A stretch of 32,000 bases of DNA from assembly GCA_942492995.1 (NCBI GenBank), contig OW818653.1, positions 360,001 to 392,000 on the forward strand, in the 5' to 3' direction. The first letter of the stretch is position 1. The number at the start of each line of letters is the position of its first letter. The position numbers and the translations under genes were made by a program. The notes under the pieces were generated by a model. The model had not been told where the DNA came from and did not search any database. It saw only the letters and a list, made by a program, of their open reading frames with translations. This document shows positions 7,997-15,280 of the stretch, piece after piece. This stretch comes from an uncultured Erysipelotrichaceae bacterium. Lineage in GTDB: Bacteria > Bacillota_I > Bacilli_A > Erysipelotrichales > Erysipelotrichaceae.

Positions 7997-8010
7997 GTAT
8001 TTGATATAAT
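7983..8010 (+). promoter_or_regulatory. Sigma-A-type promoter (TTGAAA-16 nt-TATAAT) for the 565-aa gene
   Basis: -35 TTGAAA at 7983-7988 and consensus -10 TATAAT at 8005-8010, about 25 nt upstream of the ATG at 8036. Confidence 0.55.
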
Positions 8011-8035
8011 AGGTAAAAATTGAACGGAAAACACT

Positions 8036-9733
8036 ATGAAAGACGCAATCTATATAAATAAACAAACCGCAGTATTAAATTTTTCAACCTTCTTCCCAAC
8101 CACATCAGAAGAATTTTTAAGTTCTGATGCGTTTAAGGTTATTGCCAAACATTATCTTCTTGATCTACAGAAACGAGATCAAACGAATTTTGATTGGTTA
8201 GTAGAAGGTACATCAATCGATAGCTTCATCCCGAAAATGGTTCGATTTTTAAAACTATTACTTGTTTTAGATCTTAATGAGTTTACGCAAAATGAACAAA
8301 GAGATATTTATCGCGTAGGTCGACTCGTAGAAGATTTTTATAACTACTGGCGTAATTTACAACGTGTTTCGACGATTAAACTATCATCAAACTCAAGTGG
8401 TCAAGTATCGAACTTTATTGATGCGGATACACGTTTCAATAGTTTAATTATTTCAACGTATCGTGCATTTCAAGAAAAAATTCAAGGGTATAAAAACAAA
8501 GTATATCGTCAACTTCAAGCAGGTACAAATGCCTCTATGGTATTGCGAGATGTTAAATGGGAAATGGCTGATGGGTATGAAACATTAAAGGGAATTCCTT
8601 TTGTGGATTCGATTTTACTTAGAACACCATTATTGTTACATCCAGAAGGAACGAAACGCTATGGATCTTTTGTCTATAACGATGTTAATCCATTTGATCA
8701 ATTAAAGCTAAACCGACATGAATGGTTCTGTTATCCTGCAAAAGTAGGAGAACTATTGATTTTCATCTATGTACATTTTGATTTTAGTTTCTCAGGTATT
8801 ACAAATGCGAACTTATTCGAACTTGCGAGTCCATCAGAAATTGTAAACCGTAAACCGGATGGAATCATCTTGTTTGGATTAAACGATAAAACTGAAGAAT
8901 CAACGTATGCATATGATGCCAACAGTGATCTATGGGTCGCAAAAGTTCCTTATATGACTAAGATTGAATACTATGGTTATATGAAGAAGATGGTATTAAC
9001 CATGCATAATGCGATTATGATTAAGAAGAAATGGCTACCAATTCATGGATCAATGATTAATATTCACTTCAAAGGTAAAGCACCAATTGGGGTTGTCTTT
9101 ATGGGTGATTCAGGAGCTGGTAAATCAGAAACAATCGAAGCGATGCAGTTATTAAATCATCCAGAATTAATCTCAATGGATGTAATATTTGATGATATGG
9201 GTTCTTTCCATATCGAAAATGGTAAATTAGTCGCACAAGGTACAGAAATTGGCGCATTTATACGTTTAGATGACCTTGATAAAGGTTCACCATACAAAAC
9301 GATGGATCGTTCAATCTTCATGAATCCAGAAAGTGTTAATGCGCGTGTTGTAATTCCGGTAAGTCCTTATTCAATGATAGTTGAAAATCATCCTGTTCAT
9401 TACTTCTTCTATGCGAATAACTATGTGAATGAAATTGGTCTAAAAACCGTTGAACATGCGAATGAACTTAAATCTGTGTTTGTCGAAGGTAAACGTATGG
9501 CGCTTGCGACAACGCATGAAGTAGGGCTATCTACAACATATTTCGCTAATCCATTTGGACCAATGCAAGATCAAGTAAATTGTGATCCACTCATTGATTT
9601 CTATTTTGAACAACTTGATAAATCCAATGTAATCGTTGGTGAAGTCTATACAGGTTTAGGTGTTAAACAATCTGCAGAAGATCATCTAACCCAAACCGCT
9701 ACCGTATTACTCAATACACTATTAAAAAAGTAA
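8036..9733 (+). CDS. Uncharacterised protein with a PEPCK/HPr-kinase-superfamily P-loop domain
   Basis: 565 aa. The C-terminal half carries LPIHGSMINIHF..GVVFMGDSGAGKSETIEAM (compare MHCSAN..FFGLSGTGKTT of ATP-PEPCK and GDSGIGKSE of HprK), then VIFDDMGSF (kinase-2-like DD) and GTEIGAFIRL (compare FEGGCYAK). I recognise no motif in the N-terminal ~330 aa. Confidence 0.55.
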   Translation: MKDAIYINKQTAVLNFSTFFPTTSEEFLSSDAFKVIAKHYLLDLQKRDQTNFDWLVEGTSIDSFIPKMVRFLKLLLVLDLNEFTQNEQRDIYRVGRLVEDFYNYWRNLQRVSTIKLSSNSSGQVSNFIDADTRFNSLIISTYRAFQEKIQGYKNKVYRQLQAGTNASMVLRDVKWEMADGYETLKGIPFVDSILLRTPLLLHPEGTKRYGSFVYNDVNPFDQLKLNRHEWFCYPAKVGELLIFIYVHFDFSFSGITNANLFELASPSEIVNRKPDGIILFGLNDKTEESTYAYDANSDLWVAKVPYMTKIEYYGYMKKMVLTMHNAIMIKKKWLPIHGSMINIHFKGKAPIGVVFMGDSGAGKSETIEAMQLLNHPELISMDVIFDDMGSFHIENGKLVAQGTEIGAFIRLDDLDKGSPYKTMDRSIFMNPESVNARVVIPVSPYSMIVENHPVHYFFYANNYVNEIGLKTVEHANELKSVFVEGKRMALATTHEVGLSTTYFANPFGPMQDQVNCDPLIDFYFEQLDKSNVIVGEVYTGLGVKQSAEDHLTQTATVLLNTLLKK

Positions 9734-9752
9734 GCAAATTTTGCTTACTTTT
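9726..9752. terminator. Bidirectional terminator between convergent genes
   Basis: Palindrome AAAAAGTAAGCAAA/TTTGCTTACTTTTT. The hairpin GTAAGC..GCTTAC is flanked by an A-run and a T-run, and the stop codons of both convergent genes lie inside it. Confidence 0.7.
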
Positions 9753-10530
9753 TAATGTATCCTAGTTTTTCTAGAGCGTTGTATATTCCATCTTTATCGA
9801 CATCATCTGTAATTATCATCGCAATATCTTTCAATTTAGGGTCCGCATTTCCCATCGCAACAGAAAGTGTGGATCCTTTTAACATTTCCATATCATTTTG
9901 GGAATCCCCAAATGCGGCATATTCAGTTGGTAAATCAAGGGCAGTACACAATTCTTGGATTGCACTGTGTTTAGAAATACCAGTAGTCGCTAAATCTGCA
10001 TATGTACTTACAGAGATGAATGTACTTAATCCATCGATTGCTTTAAATGGTGCATAATCATATCCTTTTGGTGCATAGACGAGTATTTTATCGATGGGTT
10101 GATTCGTATATACATCAATCTTTGGGATTGGTTCATTAAAGAAATTATGTGCTTCGAATACATATTCGTTTGGTTCTTCCATCAAGAAATCATTCCCAAG
10201 AGAACTAAAGAATAGATTAAAGCCTAATTTCTTCGCAATCTCAATCGTTTCAAGAATCTTATCATGCGGTAATGTATGATGATGAATAAATTCTTCTTTA
10301 CCATTCATAACGACTTGACCATTGTTTAAACAATAGCCACTCCATGGTACAAGTTCACATACACCTGTTAATTTTAACAAAGGATAACTTCTTCCAGACG
10401 CAATCGCTATTTTATATCCATTCGCTACGACTTGTTTTAAAGCTTCTATTGCGGAAGCTGGGATGGTGTGGGTTTTATTATCGACTAATGTATTGTCGAA
10501 ATCAAAGAATAAAATTTTAGGTAGGTTCAT
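9745..10530 (-). CDS. Cof-type HAD-IIB phosphatase
   Basis: 261 aa with HAD motif I FFDFDNTLVD, motif II ASGRS and motif IV GDSQNDMEM, plus a cap domain of Cof/YbiV size. Confidence 0.8.
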   Translation of the reverse strand: MNLPKILFFDFDNTLVDNKTHTIPASAIEALKQVVANGYKIAIASGRSYPLLKLTGVCELVPWSGYCLNNGQVVMNGKEEFIHHHTLPHDKILETIEIAKKLGFNLFFSSLGNDFLMEEPNEYVFEAHNFFNEPIPKIDVYTNQPIDKILVYAPKGYDYAPFKAIDGLSTFISVSTYADLATTGISKHSAIQELCTALDLPTEYAAFGDSQNDMEMLKGSTLSVAMGNADPKLKDIAMIITDDVDKDGIYNALEKLGYIKK

Positions 10531-10576
10531 AGTTGTTCATTACTCCAAGCAATAGTATAACAGAATGTTCGTTTTA

Positions 10577-10585
10577 TGGTAAAAT
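10577..10585 (+). promoter_or_regulatory. Extended -10 element (TGgTAAAAT) 6 nt upstream of the HAD gene ATG
   Basis: TG at 10577-10578, TAAAAT at 10580-10585, and the ATG at 10592 with no Shine-Dalgarno in between. This suggests a leaderless or near-leaderless transcript. Confidence 0.35.
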
Positions 10586-10591
10586 GTTCAA

Positions 10592-11401
10592 ATGATAAAA
10601 TTATTTGTAAGTGATATCGACGGAACGATATTTGACCACACAACAGGGGTCCCAAAAGAGAATATTGAGCAAATTAAGAAACTCCAAGCTCAAGGTGTAA
10701 AAATTGTATTAGCGAGCGGAAGAGCCATTCCAGCTATGATGGAAATAGCCAATCAACTTAATTTGACAGAAAATGGCGGATACATTATTGCGAGTAATGG
10801 GGCAGAAGTACTTGATTTGAGTACAGGTGACTTTATACATCAAGCAAAAATGCCGTTAAGTGATGTAAAAGATATATACCATTTTGCGATAAAGCATAAT
10901 CTATATTTCTCGTGCGTCCAAGATGACATCTTGTATTATTCCTATTATGATCAAGCTATTGAACATGAAAAGTATCATGGTAACTTCAAGATTAAATGGA
11001 TTAGTCATGTGGATGATTTACATTTGGATAGTTCAAAATGCTCACTGAATATTCCAGTAGATGCGAAAATCAACGGAATGGATGCGTTTGTTCGAGAATT
11101 TGAATCAAAACTAAGCATTGAACGATTATTACCATGGTATATGGATGTTCAAACAAAAGGACAATCTAAATTACTCGGTTTAACCAAGTTATGCGAAACT
11201 TTGAATATACAACTTACTGAAGTTGCGGCTATTGGCGACGGAAGTAATGACTTAACGATGTTAGAAGCTGTTGGACTATCTGCAAGTCTAGAAGAATCAA
11301 ATAAAGAAGTATTAGCGATCGTAGATCATATTATGCCAAGCGCACGTGATGCAGGAGTTGCACATTTTGCGAAATTAATCTTAAAAAAGAATGCACTTTG
11401 A
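10592..11401 (+). CDS. Cof-type HAD-IIB phosphatase
   Basis: 269 aa with motif I FVSDIDGTIF, motif II ASGRA and motif IV GDGSNDLTM. Confidence 0.8.
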   Translation: MIKLFVSDIDGTIFDHTTGVPKENIEQIKKLQAQGVKIVLASGRAIPAMMEIANQLNLTENGGYIIASNGAEVLDLSTGDFIHQAKMPLSDVKDIYHFAIKHNLYFSCVQDDILYYSYYDQAIEHEKYHGNFKIKWISHVDDLHLDSSKCSLNIPVDAKINGMDAFVREFESKLSIERLLPWYMDVQTKGQSKLLGLTKLCETLNIQLTEVAAIGDGSNDLTMLEAVGLSASLEESNKEVLAIVDHIMPSARDAGVAHFAKLILKKNAL

Positions 11402-11411
11402 TAAGTGCATT
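11390..11411. terminator. Bidirectional terminator hairpin
   Basis: AATGCACTT (11390-11398), loop TGAT, AAGTGCATT (11403-11411), flanked by an A-run 5' and TATTTT 3', between convergent genes. Confidence 0.65.
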
Positions 11412-12724
11412 TATTTTCGATTCATCGATTCTAACATTGATTCATGTTCATTTTCACTAAATTTAAACCAAAACATTGGAATAATCGCCAAGAGACTTGC
11501 GATAGCAGGGAAAAGAGATATTAATGAGAATATTCCATTTAGGGCAATCGGTGTCTGTTGGATATTTTCAATAAACCCAACTTGGCTTAAAACAATCCCA
11601 ATCCAGAATAAACCAAAGGCAGATTGTAGTTTAGTCGTAAAGGTGTGGAGTGAAAAACTTAGACCCTCAGTACGTATTCCTGTTTTATATTCAAGGTAAT
11701 CAACACAATCTCCAACTAATGTGTACGTAATAACATCATTTAATCCCAAGGATAACCCAGACACAAACAATAAAATATAGTTGATTATCATATTCTCAAA
11801 TCCCAATATAAACATTAGCAAATGACTCACAAAACCCAATAGTAATGAAAAATTATAGAGTTGTTTCTTCGAAAACATTCTCTTCAAATAAGGTGTAACT
11901 AACATCGCCACAATCATTGCGGCAATTAATAAACCACCTAATATCGAAAATGCGGCTTCATCGTTCATATTATATTTAGCGAAATATAATCCAGCTGTTG
12001 CGATAACCATTCTAAATGCTTGTAAGAAACGCGATAATTGTAAATAGATTAATGGTTTATTCTTTAGAAGTATGGTGATTGGCGCAACTTCTTGATTCTC
12101 TACAGTCGTTCTTTCTTTAGCGTACAATCCAACTAAACTAAAGAGCAAACTTCCCACAATAGCCATAACACAAGCTGTAATAAAATACGCTAACGCGCCA
12201 CCTCCCAAAGCTGAAATCATTAATGGAGGTATTACAATGGATACAGCTAAACCAATATTACATAGAATTCGAGCTAAACTAATTAACTTTAAACGTTCAC
12301 CAGGATTTGGTGTTATCGCAACTGATAACCCCCAATATGGCACATCACTTACAGTGTACATAATATCCCATAAGATAAAACTCACATACGCATAAACTAA
12401 GCGCAGGGTATAACTCATATCTGGCACAAAGAATACGAGAATAGTGAATACAGCCATTGGGACTGGAATCGCTTTTAAATAAGGAATGAGTTTACCTTTT
12501 TTTGTATGTGTACGATCAATAATTGACCCCATTATTGGATCATTTATCGCATCAAATACACGTGCTATTAACATTAAAGTCCCTACAGCGACCGGCAATA
12601 ATTTTACTACATCGGTATAAAATACCATTATGTAAGCAGTCGCATAATTATATACCATGTTTTGACCTAAACCAGCTAATCCAAAGGAAAGGCGTTCTTT
12701 TAATGATAGATGATTGTCTTGCAT
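11411..12724 (-). CDS. GPH-family (MelB/YihO-like) glycoside-pentoside-hexuronide:cation symporter
   Basis: 437 aa, about 12 TM. N-terminal signature LSFGLAGLGQNMVYNYATAYIMVFYTDV...ARVFDAINDPIMGSIIDRT is typical of the GPH family. AAGGAG RBS is present. Confidence 0.8.
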   Translation of the reverse strand: MQDNHLSLKERLSFGLAGLGQNMVYNYATAYIMVFYTDVVKLLPVAVGTLMLIARVFDAINDPIMGSIIDRTHTKKGKLIPYLKAIPVPMAVFTILVFFVPDMSYTLRLVYAYVSFILWDIMYTVSDVPYWGLSVAITPNPGERLKLISLARILCNIGLAVSIVIPPLMISALGGGALAYFITACVMAIVGSLLFSLVGLYAKERTTVENQEVAPITILLKNKPLIYLQLSRFLQAFRMVIATAGLYFAKYNMNDEAAFSILGGLLIAAMIVAMLVTPYLKRMFSKKQLYNFSLLLGFVSHLLMFILGFENMIINYILLFVSGLSLGLNDVITYTLVGDCVDYLEYKTGIRTEGLSFSLHTFTTKLQSAFGLFWIGIVLSQVGFIENIQQTPIALNGIFSLISLFPAIASLLAIIPMFWFKFSENEHESMLESMNRK

Positions 12725-12780
12725 ACAAACTCCTTTTTTATTAGTATACTATTTTAAACAAGATTTTAAAGGAGCTATAT

Positions 12781-12948
12781 ATGGAAAAAAAGTTAAATGA
12801 GCGATTAATAAAAGAAATAGTTATTGAAAGTAATAATTTGTTAGAACTTGTTCAATGGAATGATCAAAAAGAAGATATTGATAAGATGAAAATACATTTA
12901 GATAGATTAATCCTTAAATGTGAAACATTAAAAGAAAAATTAGGATAA
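12781..12948 (+). CDS. Small hypothetical protein (55 aa, predicted helical, soluble)
   Basis: Not in the ORF track because it is below the size cut-off. ATG preceded by AAAGGAG 6 nt upstream and a TATACT -10 at 12745-12750. Translation: MEKKLNERLIKEIVIESNNLLELVQWNDQKEDIDKMKIHLDRLILKCETLKEKLG. Confidence 0.45.
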   Translation: MEKKLNERLIKEIVIESNNLLELVQWNDQKEDIDKMKIHLDRLILKCETLKEKLG

Positions 12949-12985
12949 AGTGTAACACTACGATATATAAGAGTGGAGGTATTTT

Positions 12986-13111
12986 ATGGCCACATCATCG
13001 CTTTTACTCTATGTCGCAGTCGCTGCCGGTGTCGCAGCAATCTTCAAAATTTTGACATCAACACGTGGAAGAGTTAGTATTCCTGGTATTCAAATGACAT
13101 GGGGGAAATAG
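12986..13111 (+). CDS. Small hydrophobic peptide (41 aa, one predicted TM helix, basic tail)
   Basis: Not in the ORF track. GGAGGT RBS 6 nt upstream of the ATG. Translation: MATSSLLLYVAVAAGVAAIFKILTSTRGRVSIPGIQMTWGK. Locally GC-richer than its surroundings, and followed immediately by a hairpin. Confidence 0.45.
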   Translation: MATSSLLLYVAVAAGVAAIFKILTSTRGRVSIPGIQMTWGK

Positions 13112-13129
13112 AGGACAGTGTCCTCTTTT
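13111..13129 (+). terminator. Short hairpin plus T-run (weak terminator or structure abutting the radC start)
   Basis: GAGGAC (13111-13116), loop AGT, GTCCTC (13120-13125), then TTTT. The hairpin ends 4 nt before the radC ATG at 13134. Confidence 0.4.
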
Positions 13130-13133
13130 CTAT

Positions 13134-13811
13134 ATGAAAATAAAAGATACGAATTTAGAAGATCGTCCACGTGAAAAAGTTAAAGAATTTGGTATACGTG
13201 CATTAAGTCATCGTGAATTATTAGCGCTTGTATTAAGATCAGGGATTAAAGGAAAATCAGCTTTGGAACTAGCGGATGAGTTATTAAAAAAAGCAAATGG
13301 AATTAATGGATTAATTGGAATAGAGTATGAAGATTTAATCAAAATAAATGGAATTAAAAGTGCTAAAGCATCAGAAATATGTGCCATTACAGAACTATCA
13401 CGAAGAATGTCACTTTATCAAAGTATGGAAATTGATATTGTGGATCAACCTTCACGACTCGTACAATGGCTAAAGAAAGAGATGGGTTCGCTTAAACAGG
13501 AACATTTCTTAGTCGTATTCTTAAATACGAAAAATCACATTATTGGATATCGACCTTTATTTATAGGCGGATTAGATCGCTCAATTGTTCATCCACGTGA
13601 AGTGTTTAAACAAGCAATCTCACATTCAGCAGCGCGAATTGTTGTTGTACATAACCATCCAAGTGGTGATGTGACACCAAGTGAAAACGATTGGACGGTT
13701 ACACAAGTTCTTGAAGAAGCCGGTCAAACTATGGGAATACCACTTTTAGATCACATCATTATATCTGAAAGAGGGTATACCAGTTTAAGAGAGGTCTTGA
13801 GAAAAGATTGA
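13134..13811 (+). CDS. radC: RadC-family JAB/MPN-domain protein
   Basis: 225 aa. N-terminal DRPREKVKEFGIRALSHRELLALVLRSG (HhH region) and C-terminal JAMM motif VVHNHPSGDVTPSENDW. Confidence 0.9.
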   Translation: MKIKDTNLEDRPREKVKEFGIRALSHRELLALVLRSGIKGKSALELADELLKKANGINGLIGIEYEDLIKINGIKSAKASEICAITELSRRMSLYQSMEIDIVDQPSRLVQWLKKEMGSLKQEHFLVVFLNTKNHIIGYRPLFIGGLDRSIVHPREVFKQAISHSAARIVVVHNHPSGDVTPSENDWTVTQVLEEAGQTMGIPLLDHIIISERGYTSLREVLRKD

Positions 13812-13848
13812 ACTTATTGAGAATGCTCTTTATAATAGGGGTACAACT

Positions 13849-14700
13849 ATGAAACAAATGACCCCGATTCAAAAAGCTTTAGCAATTATTGCCAGTATTT
13901 TACTGGTTTTAACAATAAGTTTAAATGTTATACAAATGACTGCCCCTAAATTAGGACAAGACCAAAAGTCCTATAATTTCTTTGCGCAACTTCAATATGC
14001 GCTTATTTCACGACCTGCAACTGCAGTCACAAGTTTTATCTATGATTTAAGTTCACTTTGGAAAGTCATGGATGAAAATAAAGTATTACGTTCTCAAGTA
14101 GAGTTAATTGCCATTTATCAGGCGAAATTAGAAGAAGCGTATCGTGATATTGATGAACTTAAGAAATTCAATGAGTTACTTTTAAGTATGAGTGAATCTA
14201 ATACGATTTCCGCAACTGTAATTCAACGTAGCTTAGAGAGTTTTACCCATACATTAGTATTAAATATTGGGACAAATGATGGGGTTGAACTTGGAGATGC
14301 GGTTATTAGTAGTAAAGGTTTAATTGGTAAAGTAAGTAGTGTAAGTGATAATACATGTGTTGTATTACTTCTAACAACAGAACTTGATATCAATAAAATT
14401 ACTGTAAAAATACAAGTTGATGAAGTTAAAACATCTGAAGCAATTTTAGAGAATTACGATCCAAATACACAGAGCTATACATTGAAGTTGCTTGATACAA
14501 ACTCATCGATTACTGAAGGTATGAAAGTTATATCCAGTGGATCGGGTGGATTGTTTCCAAGTGGTCTATTAGTTGGGACAGTTAATCTTGTTGAGAATCT
14601 ACCGAATGCGATTGGTTTAAAAATTCTTGTATCTCCAGCCGCTGATTTTTATCATTTAAATTATGTGGCAGTTGTTAAACGAGGCTCAATCAATGAGTAA
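13849..14700 (+). CDS. mreC: Rod shape-determining protein MreC
   Basis: 283 aa with an N-terminal TM, a coiled coil (ENKVLRSQVELIAIYQAKLEEAYRDIDELKK), and beta-barrel domains with GDAVISSKGLIGKV and GLFPSGLLVGTV. Confidence 0.85.
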   Translation: MKQMTPIQKALAIIASILLVLTISLNVIQMTAPKLGQDQKSYNFFAQLQYALISRPATAVTSFIYDLSSLWKVMDENKVLRSQVELIAIYQAKLEEAYRDIDELKKFNELLLSMSESNTISATVIQRSLESFTHTLVLNIGTNDGVELGDAVISSKGLIGKVSSVSDNTCVVLLLTTELDINKITVKIQVDEVKTSEAILENYDPNTQSYTLKLLDTNSSITEGMKVISSGSGGLFPSGLLVGTVNLVENLPNAIGLKILVSPAADFYHLNYVAVVKRGSINE

Positions 14701-15250
14701 ATTCATCTATTTACTCACATGTTTTATCATAGATACATTTCTTAATAGTATATTCCCAATCGATTATGCGAATATTCGTATGAGTTTTGTGTCTAGTATG
14801 GGAATTGTTGGATTAATGTTCATTAGTCGAGATCTTGATTTCAAGAATTCATTACTCTTAGCACTTGCGTTTGGATTGTTAACTGATGTGACACATTATG
14901 CGTATTTCTTACTTTTTGCGGTAAGTTTTACCATCACAATTTGGATAATACGTGTTTGGTCTAATCAATTAAATGAATCACTGCCGGAGTTTATTATTTT
15001 AGGTGTACTAACAATATTTGTTAAAGAATCGATCATATTTATCATTATGCGGAGTATGGGATTAAGCTCGATGTCATTTGTGACATGGTTTACGTTTAGA
15101 CAATTCCTAAGCTTAATTGGAAACATTCCTTTAATTGTGATCGCATATTATGGCTATGCATTTAAGAATCAATTTGAACATAAGAAAGATATTATTCGTC
15201 GTAGAAATGAAAAAACACTTTGGATGAAGGTCTCTAATCCTTTTGAATGA
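14693..15250 (+). CDS. mreD: Rod shape-determining protein MreD (polytopic membrane protein)
   Basis: About 185 aa, roughly 5 TM, directly after mreC. I prefer the ATG at 14693 (GAGG 8 nt upstream, overlapping the mreC stop) over the track start at 14663. Confidence 0.65.
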   Translation: MSKFIYLLTCFIIDTFLNSIFPIDYANIRMSFVSSMGIVGLMFISRDLDFKNSLLLALAFGLLTDVTHYAYFLLFAVSFTITIWIIRVWSNQLNESLPEFIILGVLTIFVKESIIFIIMRSMGLSSMSFVTWFTFRQFLSLIGNIPLIVIAYYGYAFKNQFEHKKDIIRRRNEKTLWMKVSNPFE

Positions 15251-15280
15251 GTATGATATAATATCAAAGGATGGTACAGT

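Noticed and set aside
10531-10548. Alternative upstream ATG for the minus-strand HAD gene (GGAGTAATGAACAACTATG)
   Set aside because: The upstream ATG is out of frame and terminates after 7 codons. The annotated ATG at 10530 gives the expected HAD motif I position.
9745-12724. Treating the PEPCK/HprK-like gene, two HAD phosphatases and the GPH symporter as one carbohydrate-utilisation operon
   Set aside because: The genes are on alternating strands, separated by bidirectional terminators and their own promoters. Any functional link is speculative, so it is mentioned only as context.
14663-14692. Upstream ATG start for mreD, overlapping mreC by 38 nt
   Set aside because: The ATG at 14693 has a GAGG 8 nt upstream and the usual stop/start overlap. 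The extra N-terminal residues are hydrophilic and not MreD-like. Both remain possible.
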